From Nannocystaceae bacterium (GTDB lineage: Bacteria; Myxococcota_A; Polyangia; Nannocystales; Nannocystaceae): a stretch of 64,000 nt of DNA. The stretch spans positions 9,716-73,715 of the forward strand of contig JAWKQZ010000037.1 of NCBI GenBank assembly GCA_041389845.1. Reading direction: 5' to 3'. Shown here in pieces: positions 8,751 through 17,563 of the stretch. A model generated the notes under the pieces. It did not search any database and was not told where the DNA came from. It saw only the letters and a list, made by a program, of their open reading frames with translations. Numbering within the stretch: position 1 is the stretch's first letter; each line of letters opens with the position of its first letter. The translations under genes and the position numbers were made by a program.

Positions 8751-9140
8751 GCCGAGCGGCCATCCTCCGCCTGGCGGTTGTCCTCCACCTGGCGGTTGTC
8801 CTCCGCCTGGCGGTTGTCCTCCACCTGGCGGTTGTCCTCCGCCTGGCGGTTGTCCTCCACCCTGCGACGTCTTCCTCCCTGCGACGTCCTCCGCCCGGCC
8901 GCCCTCGTCCGCCGAGCGGCCATCCTCCGCCTGGCGGTTGTCCTCCGCCTGGCGGTTGTCCTCCACCTGGCGGTTGTCCTCCGCCTGGCGGTTGTCCTCC
9001 GCCTTGCGGTTGTCCTCCGCCTGGCGTTTGTCCTCCGCCTGGCGGTCGTCCTCCGCCTGCGATGTCCTCCGCTCTGCGACGTCCTCCGCTCTGCGACGTC
9101 CTCCGCTCTGCTGCCCTCCTCCGCCGCGCGACGTCCTCCG
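8751..9140. repeat. 18-bp minisatellite in two blocks, plus a related 18-bp unit
   Basis: CTGGCGGTTGTCCTCCRC occurs x5 (8771-8860) and x7 (8931-9056). Both blocks are introduced by GCCGAGCGGCCATCCTCCGC. CTGCGACGTCCTCCGCTC x3 follows. Confidence 0.9.
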
Positions 9141-9220
9141 GCCGCCCTCACGGCCGCCGTCGACCCGGAGGCTCGTCCGCCGCAGCACACCGCTCCGGCG
9201 GACGAGGCACTGGCCGACCC

Positions 9221-10285
9221 TCAGCCCCGACGCGGCCGGGGATCGATCCGCCCCCGGATCTCCCCGCGCACCAGGTCCTGCACCGGCGGCGAGCCGAGGA
9301 AGTCGTGGGGGAAGCCGAGGGAGACCTCGCTGACCTTGTCGAGGCGCTGCCGCTGGTCGGCGCTCAGCTCGACGGCGGCGCCGGCGAGGGCGTCGGCGAG
9401 CTGCTCGGGCTTGCGGGCGCCGACGATCGGCAGGTAGCGGTAGTCGCGGCCGCCGACCCAGGCGACCGCGACCTGGGCCGAGGTGACGCCGAGCTCGTCG
9501 GCGACCGCGTCGACCTCGCGGGCGATCGCCAGGTTGCGCTCGCTGGTCCGCCCGCGCATCGCGTTGCCCTGGCTCCGCAGCGAGTCCATCTCGCCGCCGC
9601 GGGTGTACTTGCCGGTGAGCACGCCGCCGCCGAGCGGGGCCCAGGCGAGGATCGAGAGGCCGAAGTGCTCGGCCATCGGCAGGAGGTCGCGCTCGGGCGT
9701 CCGCTGGAGGAGGCTGTACTCGATCTGGAGGCCGACGAATTGCGACCACCCCCGGAGCTCGGCCTGGACGTTGGCGGCCGAGACCACCCAGGCCGGCGCG
9801 TCGCTGATGCCGATATAGAGGACCTTGCCGGAGCGGACCAGATCGTCGAGGCCGCGGATCGTCTCCTCGTAGGGGGTGAGGTCGTCGAAGGCGTGGACCC
9901 AGAGGAGGTCGATGTAGTCGGTCTGGAGGCGGCGGAGGCTCCCCTCGACCGAGCGGGCGAGGTTCTTGCGGTGGTTGCCCGACGCGTTGGGATCGACGTG
10001 GTCCATCGAGAGCGTGTACTTGGTGGCGACGACGCTGCGATCGCGGCGCCCCTCGCCGCCGCGGAGCCAGGCGCCGAGGATCTCCTCGGTGTGCCCCTGG
10101 TGGTACTTGTTGGCGGTGTCGATGAAGTTGCCGCCCGCCTCGGAGAAGAGGTCGAGGACCTTGTGGCTGGTCGCCTCGTCGGCGCCGAAGCCCCAGCGCT
10201 CGCCGAAGCTCATGGTCCCGAGGCAGATCTGAGAGACGCGGAGGCCGGAGCGGCCGAGGAGTCGATAGCGGAGGGCGGTGGACAT
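9221..10285 (-). CDS. aldo/keto reductase
   Basis: Full-length 354-aa AKR: MSTALRYRLLGRSGLRVSQICLGTMSFG...NFIDTANKY...RLQTDYIDLLWVHAFD...ILAWAPLGGGVLTGKY. Confidence 0.92.
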   Translation of the reverse strand: MSTALRYRLLGRSGLRVSQICLGTMSFGERWGFGADEATSHKVLDLFSEAGGNFIDTANKYHQGHTEEILGAWLRGGEGRRDRSVVATKYTLSMDHVDPNASGNHRKNLARSVEGSLRRLQTDYIDLLWVHAFDDLTPYEETIRGLDDLVRSGKVLYIGISDAPAWVVSAANVQAELRGWSQFVGLQIEYSLLQRTPERDLLPMAEHFGLSILAWAPLGGGVLTGKYTRGGEMDSLRSQGNAMRGRTSERNLAIAREVDAVADELGVTSAQVAVAWVGGRDYRYLPIVGARKPEQLADALAGAAVELSADQRQRLDKVSEVSLGFPHDFLGSPPVQDLVRGEIRGRIDPRPRRG

Positions 10286-10535
10286 GGCGGGACGATACCG
10301 CGGCGATCGAGCCCTCTGACGGATCCGGGGGCGCGGACGCGCGACCGCCTCGGCGAGGCGCGTGAGCGCGTGCGTGGGCCGGGGCCCTCATCAGGCGATC
10401 CACTCACGGGCGCGGATGGTGATCCCTGAGGGTCGTTAGGGGCAGAGACGAGCCCCGCACGACGACCTCGAGGCCGCCGTGCGCATCGCGTGTCACATCA
10501 CCAGCGACGGTCCCCGCGTTGTGACCGGCCGCGAT

Positions 10536-10583
10536 GTGGCCCTCCGCGTGGCCCTCCGCGTGGCCCTCCGCGTGGCCCTTCGG
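10536..10583. repeat. 12-bp tandem repeat x4 (GTGGCCCTCCGC)
   Basis: Direct reading of 10536-10583. A looser CCTCCGC-rich tract continues to about 10700. Confidence 0.8.
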
Positions 10584-10708
10584 GGCTCTCCCCGCGTCCC
10601 TCCGCCGGGCCCTCCGCGCAGGACTCTCCTCGCGCCCCTCCGCCCGGCCCTCCGCGCGTCCGCTCCGCATGGCCCCTCCGCGCATCGCTCCGCGCGTCCC
10701 GCTGCGTA

Positions 10709-11716
10709 TCACTCCGCGCTGGGCCCGAGGATGATCGTCTTCACCTTGCCCTCTTCGAACATGAAGAAGAGCCCGCCGTAGATCGATCCCGCGACGAAGA
10801 CCTCGTCGGCGACCTCCTCGTCCGAGTCCGGCGACTTCACGTCGGCGTAGAGCTTGCGCACGCGATCGGCCGCCTCGCCGAGGCCGACGCCCCGGGCGGT
10901 CCGCAGCTCCGAGGGCGCCTCGATCATCACCGCGAGCGCGTGCTGGGCCCCGCGCTCGCCGTCCGAGGCCATCGTCACCGTGAGCCCGCGCCCCGCCCAC
11001 TCCCAGCGATCCTCGTAGCCGCCGGAGTACTCGACGAAGGCGCGGCCGCTCCTGCGGGTCGGCTTGCCGACCGCCTGGATCAGCGCCGCGTCCCTCATGC
11101 CGATCGCTAGGGCGCCGATCCGCTCGCCCTCGTAGAAGCGCTCGGCCGCCGCCTCGGCCGCGAGGGCGGCGGCCTCCTCCGCCTCCGGGCTCTCCGCCGC
11201 GATCTCGCCCGGGGTCCCGGGCGCGAGGAGGCACTCGCCGGTCGAGAGCCAGCCGCCGGCGACCTTCGTCGAGGCGCTCCAGCGATCGCGGGTCGCGAGG
11301 ACGTCGCCGGGGTGATCGGCGCGGACCTCCTGGCAGGCGCGCATCACCGATCGAGGGACGATCCCGTTGCCGCCGACGCGGGCGCGGGCCTGGAGCTTGG
11401 CGCACTGGTCCTGGGTCGCGCGACAGACCGTCACCGGCTCCTCGCCGGCGCCGCGGGTCCCGCGGTAACAGAGGCAGTAGTGGCGGGCCGAGGACTCGGG
11501 CTTCGCCGCGTCTCCGCCGGTCGCGGTCGCGGCCTCGACCTCCGTCGGCGCCTCCGCGGACGGCGTCTTCGCCGGCTCGATCGTCGCCGCAGACGACCCC
11601 GCGGCCACAGGCCTGGCCGCCGGATCCGCGGGCGCGGTCGACGAGGTGCAGGCGACCGAGGGGAGCGTCAGCGTGAGCGTCAGCGCGAGCGCGCGGGTCG
11701 GCGACATCGACCGCAT
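10709..11716 (-). CDS. lipoprotein, unknown function
   Basis: From the ATG at 11716: MRSMSPTRALALTLTLTLPSVAC lipobox, then a 310-aa domain with good GC3. The upstream part of the 540-aa track ORF crosses a repeat region and is not credible. Confidence 0.65.
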   Translation of the reverse strand: MRSMSPTRALALTLTLTLPSVACTSSTAPADPAARPVAAGSSAATIEPAKTPSAEAPTEVEAATATGGDAAKPESSARHYCLCYRGTRGAGEEPVTVCRATQDQCAKLQARARVGGNGIVPRSVMRACQEVRADHPGDVLATRDRWSASTKVAGGWLSTGECLLAPGTPGEIAAESPEAEEAAALAAEAAAERFYEGERIGALAIGMRDAALIQAVGKPTRRSGRAFVEYSGGYEDRWEWAGRGLTVTMASDGERGAQHALAVMIEAPSELRTARGVGLGEAADRVRKLYADVKSPDSDEEVADEVFVAGSIYGGLFFMFEEGKVKTIILGPSAE

Positions 11717-11899
11717 GCTCGCACAGCGCGAGCCCGGCGGCGACCGGGCGATCATGCGCGATTTCGACCCTTCGTGCATTCGCGCGATCCCTAACTGGAA
11801 TGCGCTGAGGTGACCCGCGAGACGCGCAATTGAAATGATGCATTCGGCGCGGTCGATGGGCCGAGGGAGCGGCACGAAGGGCGCGCGCGAGACGACGTA

Positions 11900-12045
11900 C
11901 CCGGTGACAGGACGTGCCAGGCGACATGAAGGCCCGGTGACAGGACGCTCGGTGACACGACGCTCGGTGACACGACGTTCCAGTCGACCCCCGTGTACTC
12001 GGTGACAGGACGTTCCAGTCGACACCACGTGCCAGGCGACAGGGC
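11900..12045. repeat. cluster of short direct repeats in a divergent intergenic region
   Basis: GGTGACA(G/C)GACG occurs at 11903, 11936, 11951, 11966 and 12001 (three at 15-bp spacing). GACGTTCCAGTCGAC and GTGCCAGGCGACA each occur twice. Confidence 0.8.
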
Positions 12046-12333
12046 GCGCATACGACACGGCGTACCGCGGATCCGTCGATTCCCATCGACCGCCGCCACG
12101 TCGACGACGCGCCCGTGCTCCTCGATCATCTCCGCGTCGACCGCCCCTCCCTGTCCGCCACCTCGTCGAGGATCTCGGCGTCGAGGACCCCTCGTGTTCC
12201 TTCGACCACCCTCCGTGCTCCACGACCCCAACCACACCCACGACCTCGGCGTCGACGGCGACCCGCGTCGACCGCCGGCCCGCGAGGGGCAGACGCGGAC
12301 CCGCGCATGAGGTAGGTTCCCGCGCGAGCACCC

Positions 12334-12741
12334 ATGAAAGAGCACATCGATCTCCTCACCAACCTCCTCCTCGGCGCCGCGTACTCCGACAAGCGCCTCG
12401 AGGGCCGCGAGGTCGAGTCCATCCGCGAGCTCCTCCTCCGCGTCCTCGAGGCCGACGCGCTGCCCGAGGCGCAGGAGCACCAGCTCCGCCACTTCAACCC
12501 CGCGGCCTTCCACGCCGAGGCCGCGGCCGCCGATCTCCGGGGGCTCTCGCTCGCCCAGCGCCGCCGGGTCCTCGAGCTCGTCGCCACCATCAACGACTCG
12601 GACGACGTCCTCGACCTCGACGAGGATCGCTACCTCCGCCGGGTCGCGCACGGCCTCGGCTTCAGCGACGCCGAGATCCGCGACCTGACGATCGAGATCC
12701 TCGACGACGAGGAGCTCCCGGGCGCGCTCCAGGCCCACTGA
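12334..12741 (+). CDS. TerB-like (tellurite-resistance TerB / DjlA N-domain fold) small protein
   Basis: 135-aa ORF. It has two helical repeats with the pattern LLLGAAYSDKRLEGREVESIRELL ... LVATINDSDDVLDLDEDRYLRRVAHGLG, typical of TerB-family proteins. Assignment from memory. Confidence 0.7.
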   Translation: MKEHIDLLTNLLLGAAYSDKRLEGREVESIRELLLRVLEADALPEAQEHQLRHFNPAAFHAEAAAADLRGLSLAQRRRVLELVATINDSDDVLDLDEDRYLRRVAHGLGFSDAEIRDLTIEILDDEELPGALQAH

Positions 12742-12893
12742 GGCGCGGCCGCTCCGATCGAGCCCGCCGCCGCGCCGCCTCCCACGCGCGACGGAGGGCC
12801 CCTCCGGACCCGCCGGGGCGCGTCGGCGCGGGAACGCGCGCCAGAACCTCGCTTCACCGCCCCTCGCCGCGGTGGCAGAGTCGAGCGGGGCGC

Positions 12894-15848
12894 ATGAAGG
12901 GCCGGGCGAGGAGAGAGGGCGAGGACGACGACCGCACCCGGGCGTACCAGAGCCTCGCGGCCCGGCCCCTCCGCACCCACGCCGACGGCGACGCCCGCAC
13001 CGTCGTCGGCGACGAGATCGAGATCGAGGTGACCGAGCCCGAGTCGCGGCCGTCGCGGCCGAGCGAGGCGCCCGCGCGGGTCCGACGCGGCGGCGAGACG
13101 ATCGGCCGCTACATCCTCCTCCACGAGCTCGGCCGCGGCGGGATGGGGGTGGTCTGGGCGGCCCACGACCCCGAGCTCGATCGCCAGGTCGCCCTCAAGC
13201 TCCTGAGCCGCGGCGGCAGCCCCGAGCGCCTCGTCCGCGAGGCCCAGGCGCTCGCGCGCCTCGCCCACCCCAACGTCGTCGCGGTCTTCGACGCCGGCGT
13301 CGCCGAGGGCGAGGTCTGGCTGGCGATGGAGCTCGTCGACGGGGTGACCTTCAAGACATGGCTCCAAGGACAGCCGCGGCCGATCCCCTGGCGACGGGTC
13401 CTGGACGCGCTCCTCCCCGCCGGCGACGGGATCGCGGCGGCCCACGCCGCCGGCCTGGTCCACCGCGATCTCAAGCCCGAGAACGTGATGATCGGCGCCG
13501 ACGGCCGCGCTCGAGTGATGGACTTCGGCCTCGCCCGGGCCGACGACGGCGCGCCGGAGCCCGACGCAGGGCGCTCCGCCGCCGACCTCCGGGCCTCGCG
13601 TTCGACCTCGAGCGCGGGCGCGCCGTCGACCACCCGGGCCTCGCTCCTCCGCTCCGACGTCACCCGGGCCGGCGTCCTCGTCGGCACCCCCGCCTATATG
13701 GCGCCCGAGCAATTCAGCGGCCGCGCCGACGCCCGCGCCGACGTCTTCGCCTTCTGCGTCGTCCTCTGGGAGGCGCTCTTCGGCGGGCGCCCCTTCGTCG
13801 GCGACACCCCGGCGGCGACGATCCTGGCGATCTCGATCGGCAAGATGGAGGCGCCGCCGCGGGGCCACGGGGTCCCCCGCTGGCTCCGACGGATCCTGGT
13901 CAAGGGGCTCGCCCTCCGGCCCGACGATCGCTGGCCGTCGATCGCCGCCGTGCTCTCCGCGCTCCGCCGCGGCCGCGCTCGGGCGCGCGCGGCCCGGATC
14001 GCCCTCGTCCTCGGCCTCGTCGCCGCGACGATCGCCGGGGCGTTGCTCGCCCGTCACCTCGATCGCGCGCGCTCGATCGCCGCCTGTGAGGCGACCGGCG
14101 CCGCGATCACCGAGCTCTGGCCCGCCCGCGCCGATCCGGTGCGAGAGGGCCTCGCCGGCGGCCTCGGCTCCGCGGACGAGAGCTTCGAACGCCTGAGCCC
14201 GGCCCTCGATCGCTGGGCCGAGTCATGGCGAGGCGCCCGGCGGGACGCCTGCGTCGCGGCCGAGGTCGAGGGATCGATGGACCTCGAGCTCGCCGCCGAC
14301 GCGATCGCCTGCCTCGAGGGGCAGCGACTCAGCGTCCTCACCTTCCTCGACGCGCTCGAGGCCGGCGATCGCTTCGCCAGCGGCATGGCCCCGGTCTTCG
14401 CCGCCGGCCTCGAGGAGGGCGCGCGCTGCCTCGATCGCCGGACCCTCGAGGAGAACGCCCAGCCGCCGCCGGAGCAGCGGGCGGCCGTCCGCGACCTCCG
14501 GGCCCGCCTCGACGTCGTCTACAGCCGGCGGGGCCTCGGCGACCTCGAGCGGGCGCTCGCCGACGCGGAGGCGATCGTCGGCGAGACCGAGGCCCTCGGC
14601 TGGCCCCCGCTGATCGCCGAGGCGAAGTTCATGGCCGGGTCGCTCCACGCCCGCAAGGCCTCCTACGACGCCGCTGAGCCCGCCCTCCGCGCGGCGTTCT
14701 TCACCGCCGGCCGCTGCGCCAACGATCGCGTCGCCGCCCTCGCGGCCGAGGAGCTCGTGCTCGTCGTCGGCCACGAGCTCGCCCGACCGAAGGAGGGCAA
14801 GGAGTGGGGCGAGCTCGCGGCGATGTTCCTCGATCGACAAGGCGAGTCGGAGGGGCCGCCCGGCGCCTCGCTCTGGAACGCCCTCGCCACGATCGAGCAG
14901 GACCTCGGCGCCCCCGATCGCGCGGTCGCGCTGAACGAGCGCGCCCTCGCCATCCAGACCCGGACCCTCGGCGAGGACCACGTCAACGTCGCCACCACCC
15001 TCACCAACCTCGCCAACCCGCTGAACGCGCTCGGCCGCCACGCCGAGGCCCGGACCCACCTCGAGCGCGCCCTCCAGATCCGCGAGCGCGCCTTCGGACC
15101 CAATCACCCGGCGATCGCCTCGACCCTCAACAACCTCGCCCTCACCCTCGACCGCCTCGGCGACCCGGCGGCCGCGCGCCCGCTCTACGAGCGCACCCTG
15201 GCGATCTACCGGGCCAACGGCGACGAGGAGAGCCCGCGGGTCGCCAACACCCTCAACAACCTGGTGACGATCCACCTGAAGGAGGATCAATTCGACCTCG
15301 CGGTCGCCACCGGCGAGCGGGCGCTCGAGCTCCGCGAGCGCGCCTTCGGCCCCGATCACCCGGCGGTCGCCTCGGCCCTCAACAACCTGGCGATCGCCCA
15401 CCAGGGCCGCGGCGACCTCGACGAGGCCGAGGCCCTCCACCGCCGCGCCCTCGGGATCCGCGAGCGCGCCCTCGGCCCCGAGAGCCCCGACGTCGCCCGC
15501 TCCCTCACCAACCTCGGCGAGATCGCGGAGAATCGCGGCGACCCGGCGGCCGCGCGCCCGCTCCTCGAGCGCGCCCTCCAGATCCGCAGCGCCGCCAAGG
15601 TCGCCCCCCAGGAGCTCGCCTACACCCAATTCGCCCTCGGCCGGGTCCTCTACGCCGACGGCGAGCGCGAGCGCGGCTGGGCCCTCGTCCAGGCCGCCGC
15701 CGACGCCTGGCGCGAGGCCGGGGACAAGCGCTTCGACGACGTCGATCAGTGGCAGGGCGAGACCGCCCGCGTCGCCCCCGCGGCGACCGGCAAGGGCAAG
15801 CGGTCGAAGAAGAAGAAGAGAAAGAAGAAGAAGCCGCGGGCGCGCTGA
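12894..15848 (+). CDS. Ser/Thr protein kinase with one TM segment and a C-terminal TPR (TPR_12-like) array
   Basis: Kinase motifs GRGGMGVVWAA, ALKLL, HRDLKPENVMI, DFGLAR and GTPAYMAPEQ. TM segment IALVLGLVAATIAGALL. Repeated LNNLA...ALxIRERAxGPxHPxVA TPR units. Polybasic tail KGKRSKKKKRKKKKPRAR. Confidence 0.92.
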   Translation: MKGRARREGEDDDRTRAYQSLAARPLRTHADGDARTVVGDEIEIEVTEPESRPSRPSEAPARVRRGGETIGRYILLHELGRGGMGVVWAAHDPELDRQVALKLLSRGGSPERLVREAQALARLAHPNVVAVFDAGVAEGEVWLAMELVDGVTFKTWLQGQPRPIPWRRVLDALLPAGDGIAAAHAAGLVHRDLKPENVMIGADGRARVMDFGLARADDGAPEPDAGRSAADLRASRSTSSAGAPSTTRASLLRSDVTRAGVLVGTPAYMAPEQFSGRADARADVFAFCVVLWEALFGGRPFVGDTPAATILAISIGKMEAPPRGHGVPRWLRRILVKGLALRPDDRWPSIAAVLSALRRGRARARAARIALVLGLVAATIAGALLARHLDRARSIAACEATGAAITELWPARADPVREGLAGGLGSADESFERLSPALDRWAESWRGARRDACVAAEVEGSMDLELAADAIACLEGQRLSVLTFLDALEAGDRFASGMAPVFAAGLEEGARCLDRRTLEENAQPPPEQRAAVRDLRARLDVVYSRRGLGDLERALADAEAIVGETEALGWPPLIAEAKFMAGSLHARKASYDAAEPALRAAFFTAGRCANDRVAALAAEELVLVVGHELARPKEGKEWGELAAMFLDRQGESEGPPGASLWNALATIEQDLGAPDRAVALNERALAIQTRTLGEDHVNVATTLTNLANPLNALGRHAEARTHLERALQIRERAFGPNHPAIASTLNNLALTLDRLGDPAAARPLYERTLAIYRANGDEESPRVANTLNNLVTIHLKEDQFDLAVATGERALELRERAFGPDHPAVASALNNLAIAHQGRGDLDEAEALHRRALGIRERALGPESPDVARSLTNLGEIAENRGDPAAARPLLERALQIRSAAKVAPQELAYTQFALGRVLYADGERERGWALVQAAADAWREAGDKRFDDVDQWQGETARVAPAATGKGKRSKKKKRKKKKPRAR

Positions 15849-16155
15849 CGGAGGCCGGGCGAGGCGATCAGCCAGCGGCGGCGGCTGGTGTCGGCCATCA
15901 CGACGATGCGTCGACGGTAAAGGGCCGCTCTGCAGCGACCCGCGAGCGGAGGCGATCGAAGAGGATCACGAGGTGGGCCTCGCCTCGAGCGCCTCGGGCG
16001 GAGGGCCCTGGTGAGGAGGTCGCCCGGGGCGAAGCCGCCGCGCGAGCGCCGAGGTCGACAATACCGGGCCGCCGCAGGACGGCCTCGAGACAACCTGTCC
16101 CTGAGGACATCTTCTCCGAAGACGACGGCGTCGCCCCCACGGCGCCGTCGACCGA

Positions 16156-17502
16156 TCAGAGCTGGCCCTGGCGGGCGTCGAGCCTTGCGAGGCGCCGCTG
16201 AAAGTCGGGATCCCCGAGGCGCGCCGGATCGGCGATCACCGCGTGGGCCGGGGTCGGCGCGCCGACGATCTGGGCCGCGACGATCTCCCCCGCCGCCTGC
16301 GAGCCCATCACCCCGTAGCCCGAGAGGGCCGCGCAGAGGTACGCGCCGGCGGGCCCGTAGGCGCCGACCAGCGGCCGGTTGTCGGGCGCCTTGCAGTAGT
16401 AGCCGCCGTCGACGACGCAGCGGGGGCCCTCGCCGAAGTAGGCCCGCATCCCCGGGATCATCGCCGCGAGGCCGCGGATCAGCACCTCACCGAGGTCGGG
16501 GTCGAAGCGCGGGGGGAACACCGGCGGGAGGAGCTCGGACTCGAAGGTCCAGATCATCACGATCGATCCGTCGCGCGGCCGGAAGTGGACCCCGGCCGGC
16601 AGCGGCTCGAGCCAGCGACGGCGCCGCGGGTCGTCGGCCAGCGCCCTCGCCTCGGCGGCGCTCCACTCGAGCGTCACCGGCTCGTCCCAGAGCATCAGCG
16701 GCGCGTCCCCCGGGATCACCCCGCGGACGTCGCGGAGGCTCGCCTTACCGTGGAGCTCGCAGACCACCGGCAGCGGCGCGCCGAGGAGCCGCGAGAACGC
16801 GGCGAGGCGCGGCCCCGGCGCGGCGACGACGATCCCGGCCGCGATCGCCTCGCCGCCCGCGAGGCGCACCCCGGTGACCCGACCGCCGGCGCTCTCGATC
16901 GCGACCACCTCGCCGCGGACCAGGCGCCCGCCGGCCGCGATCACCTGCTCCAAGAGCCATGTCCCGAGGTCCAGGCAGCGGACGAAGCCGCAGCGGCGGG
17001 CGTGGACCGCCTGGATCGCCTGGGGCCCGACGAAGGGGAAGCGCTCGCGGAGGAGCGCCGGATCTTCGACCACGTCGATCCCGGTTGGGGCGCCGTCGAT
17101 CCCGTCGGCGGGCCCGCGCACGTAGGGCTCGGGCCCCGGGTGACGCCGCAGCGGCCCGGCCCCGTAGCCGCTCGATCGGGCCGCCCGCGCCCGCAGGGCG
17201 GCCGCCCGGGTCGGATCGCCGGAGACGAAGACGTAGCCCCGGCGGCTGAGGCCGATGCGGCCGCCGCTCCGCGCGTGGCAGCGCTCGAGGAGATCGATGC
17301 TGCGATCGACCCACGCCGTCATCTCCGGGTCCGGCCACCAATTGCGGTAGGCCTCGGTGCCCATCCGCGAGGTCAGCCCGACCACCTCGCCGGCCTCGAC
17401 GACGACGACGCCGCGGCGCCGATGGACGACCGCGAGGTGGTAGGCGGCCGCGAGCCCGACCAGGCCGGCGCCGACGATCACGATCTCCGCGGGCTCACGC
17501 AT
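16156..17502 (-). CDS. FAD-dependent oxidoreductase (DAO family)
   Basis: 448-aa ORF with the N-terminal dinucleotide-binding motif IVIVGAGLVGLAAAYHL. Confidence 0.88.
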   Translation of the reverse strand: MREPAEIVIVGAGLVGLAAAYHLAVVHRRRGVVVVEAGEVVGLTSRMGTEAYRNWWPDPEMTAWVDRSIDLLERCHARSGGRIGLSRRGYVFVSGDPTRAAALRARAARSSGYGAGPLRRHPGPEPYVRGPADGIDGAPTGIDVVEDPALLRERFPFVGPQAIQAVHARRCGFVRCLDLGTWLLEQVIAAGGRLVRGEVVAIESAGGRVTGVRLAGGEAIAAGIVVAAPGPRLAAFSRLLGAPLPVVCELHGKASLRDVRGVIPGDAPLMLWDEPVTLEWSAAEARALADDPRRRRWLEPLPAGVHFRPRDGSIVMIWTFESELLPPVFPPRFDPDLGEVLIRGLAAMIPGMRAYFGEGPRCVVDGGYYCKAPDNRPLVGAYGPAGAYLCAALSGYGVMGSQAAGEIVAAQIVGAPTPAHAVIADPARLGDPDFQRRLARLDARQGQL

Positions 17503-17563
17503 GGCCGTGAGGAGAGCAGGTCGAGATCGGGGCTGTCAACGCGGCGTCCGGGCGCTCGACCCC

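Noticed and set aside
8708-9190. N-terminal extension of the trypsin-like protease through the 18-bp repeats (EDNRQA / RRTTA tracts)
   Set aside because: The same 18-nt unit is translated in two different frames within the one ORF, so the repeats are not under coding constraint. The composition is junk-like, and the signal peptide begins only near 8600-8700.
11903-12043. Sigma54-type promoter: CTGGCACG occurs twice on the minus strand (complement of CGTGCCAG at about 11913-11920 and 12028-12035)
   Set aside because: The -12 element is missing. The sequence 4 nt downstream of TGGCACG reads GTCA/GTCG instead of TTGC, so the GG-N10-GC spacing is not met.
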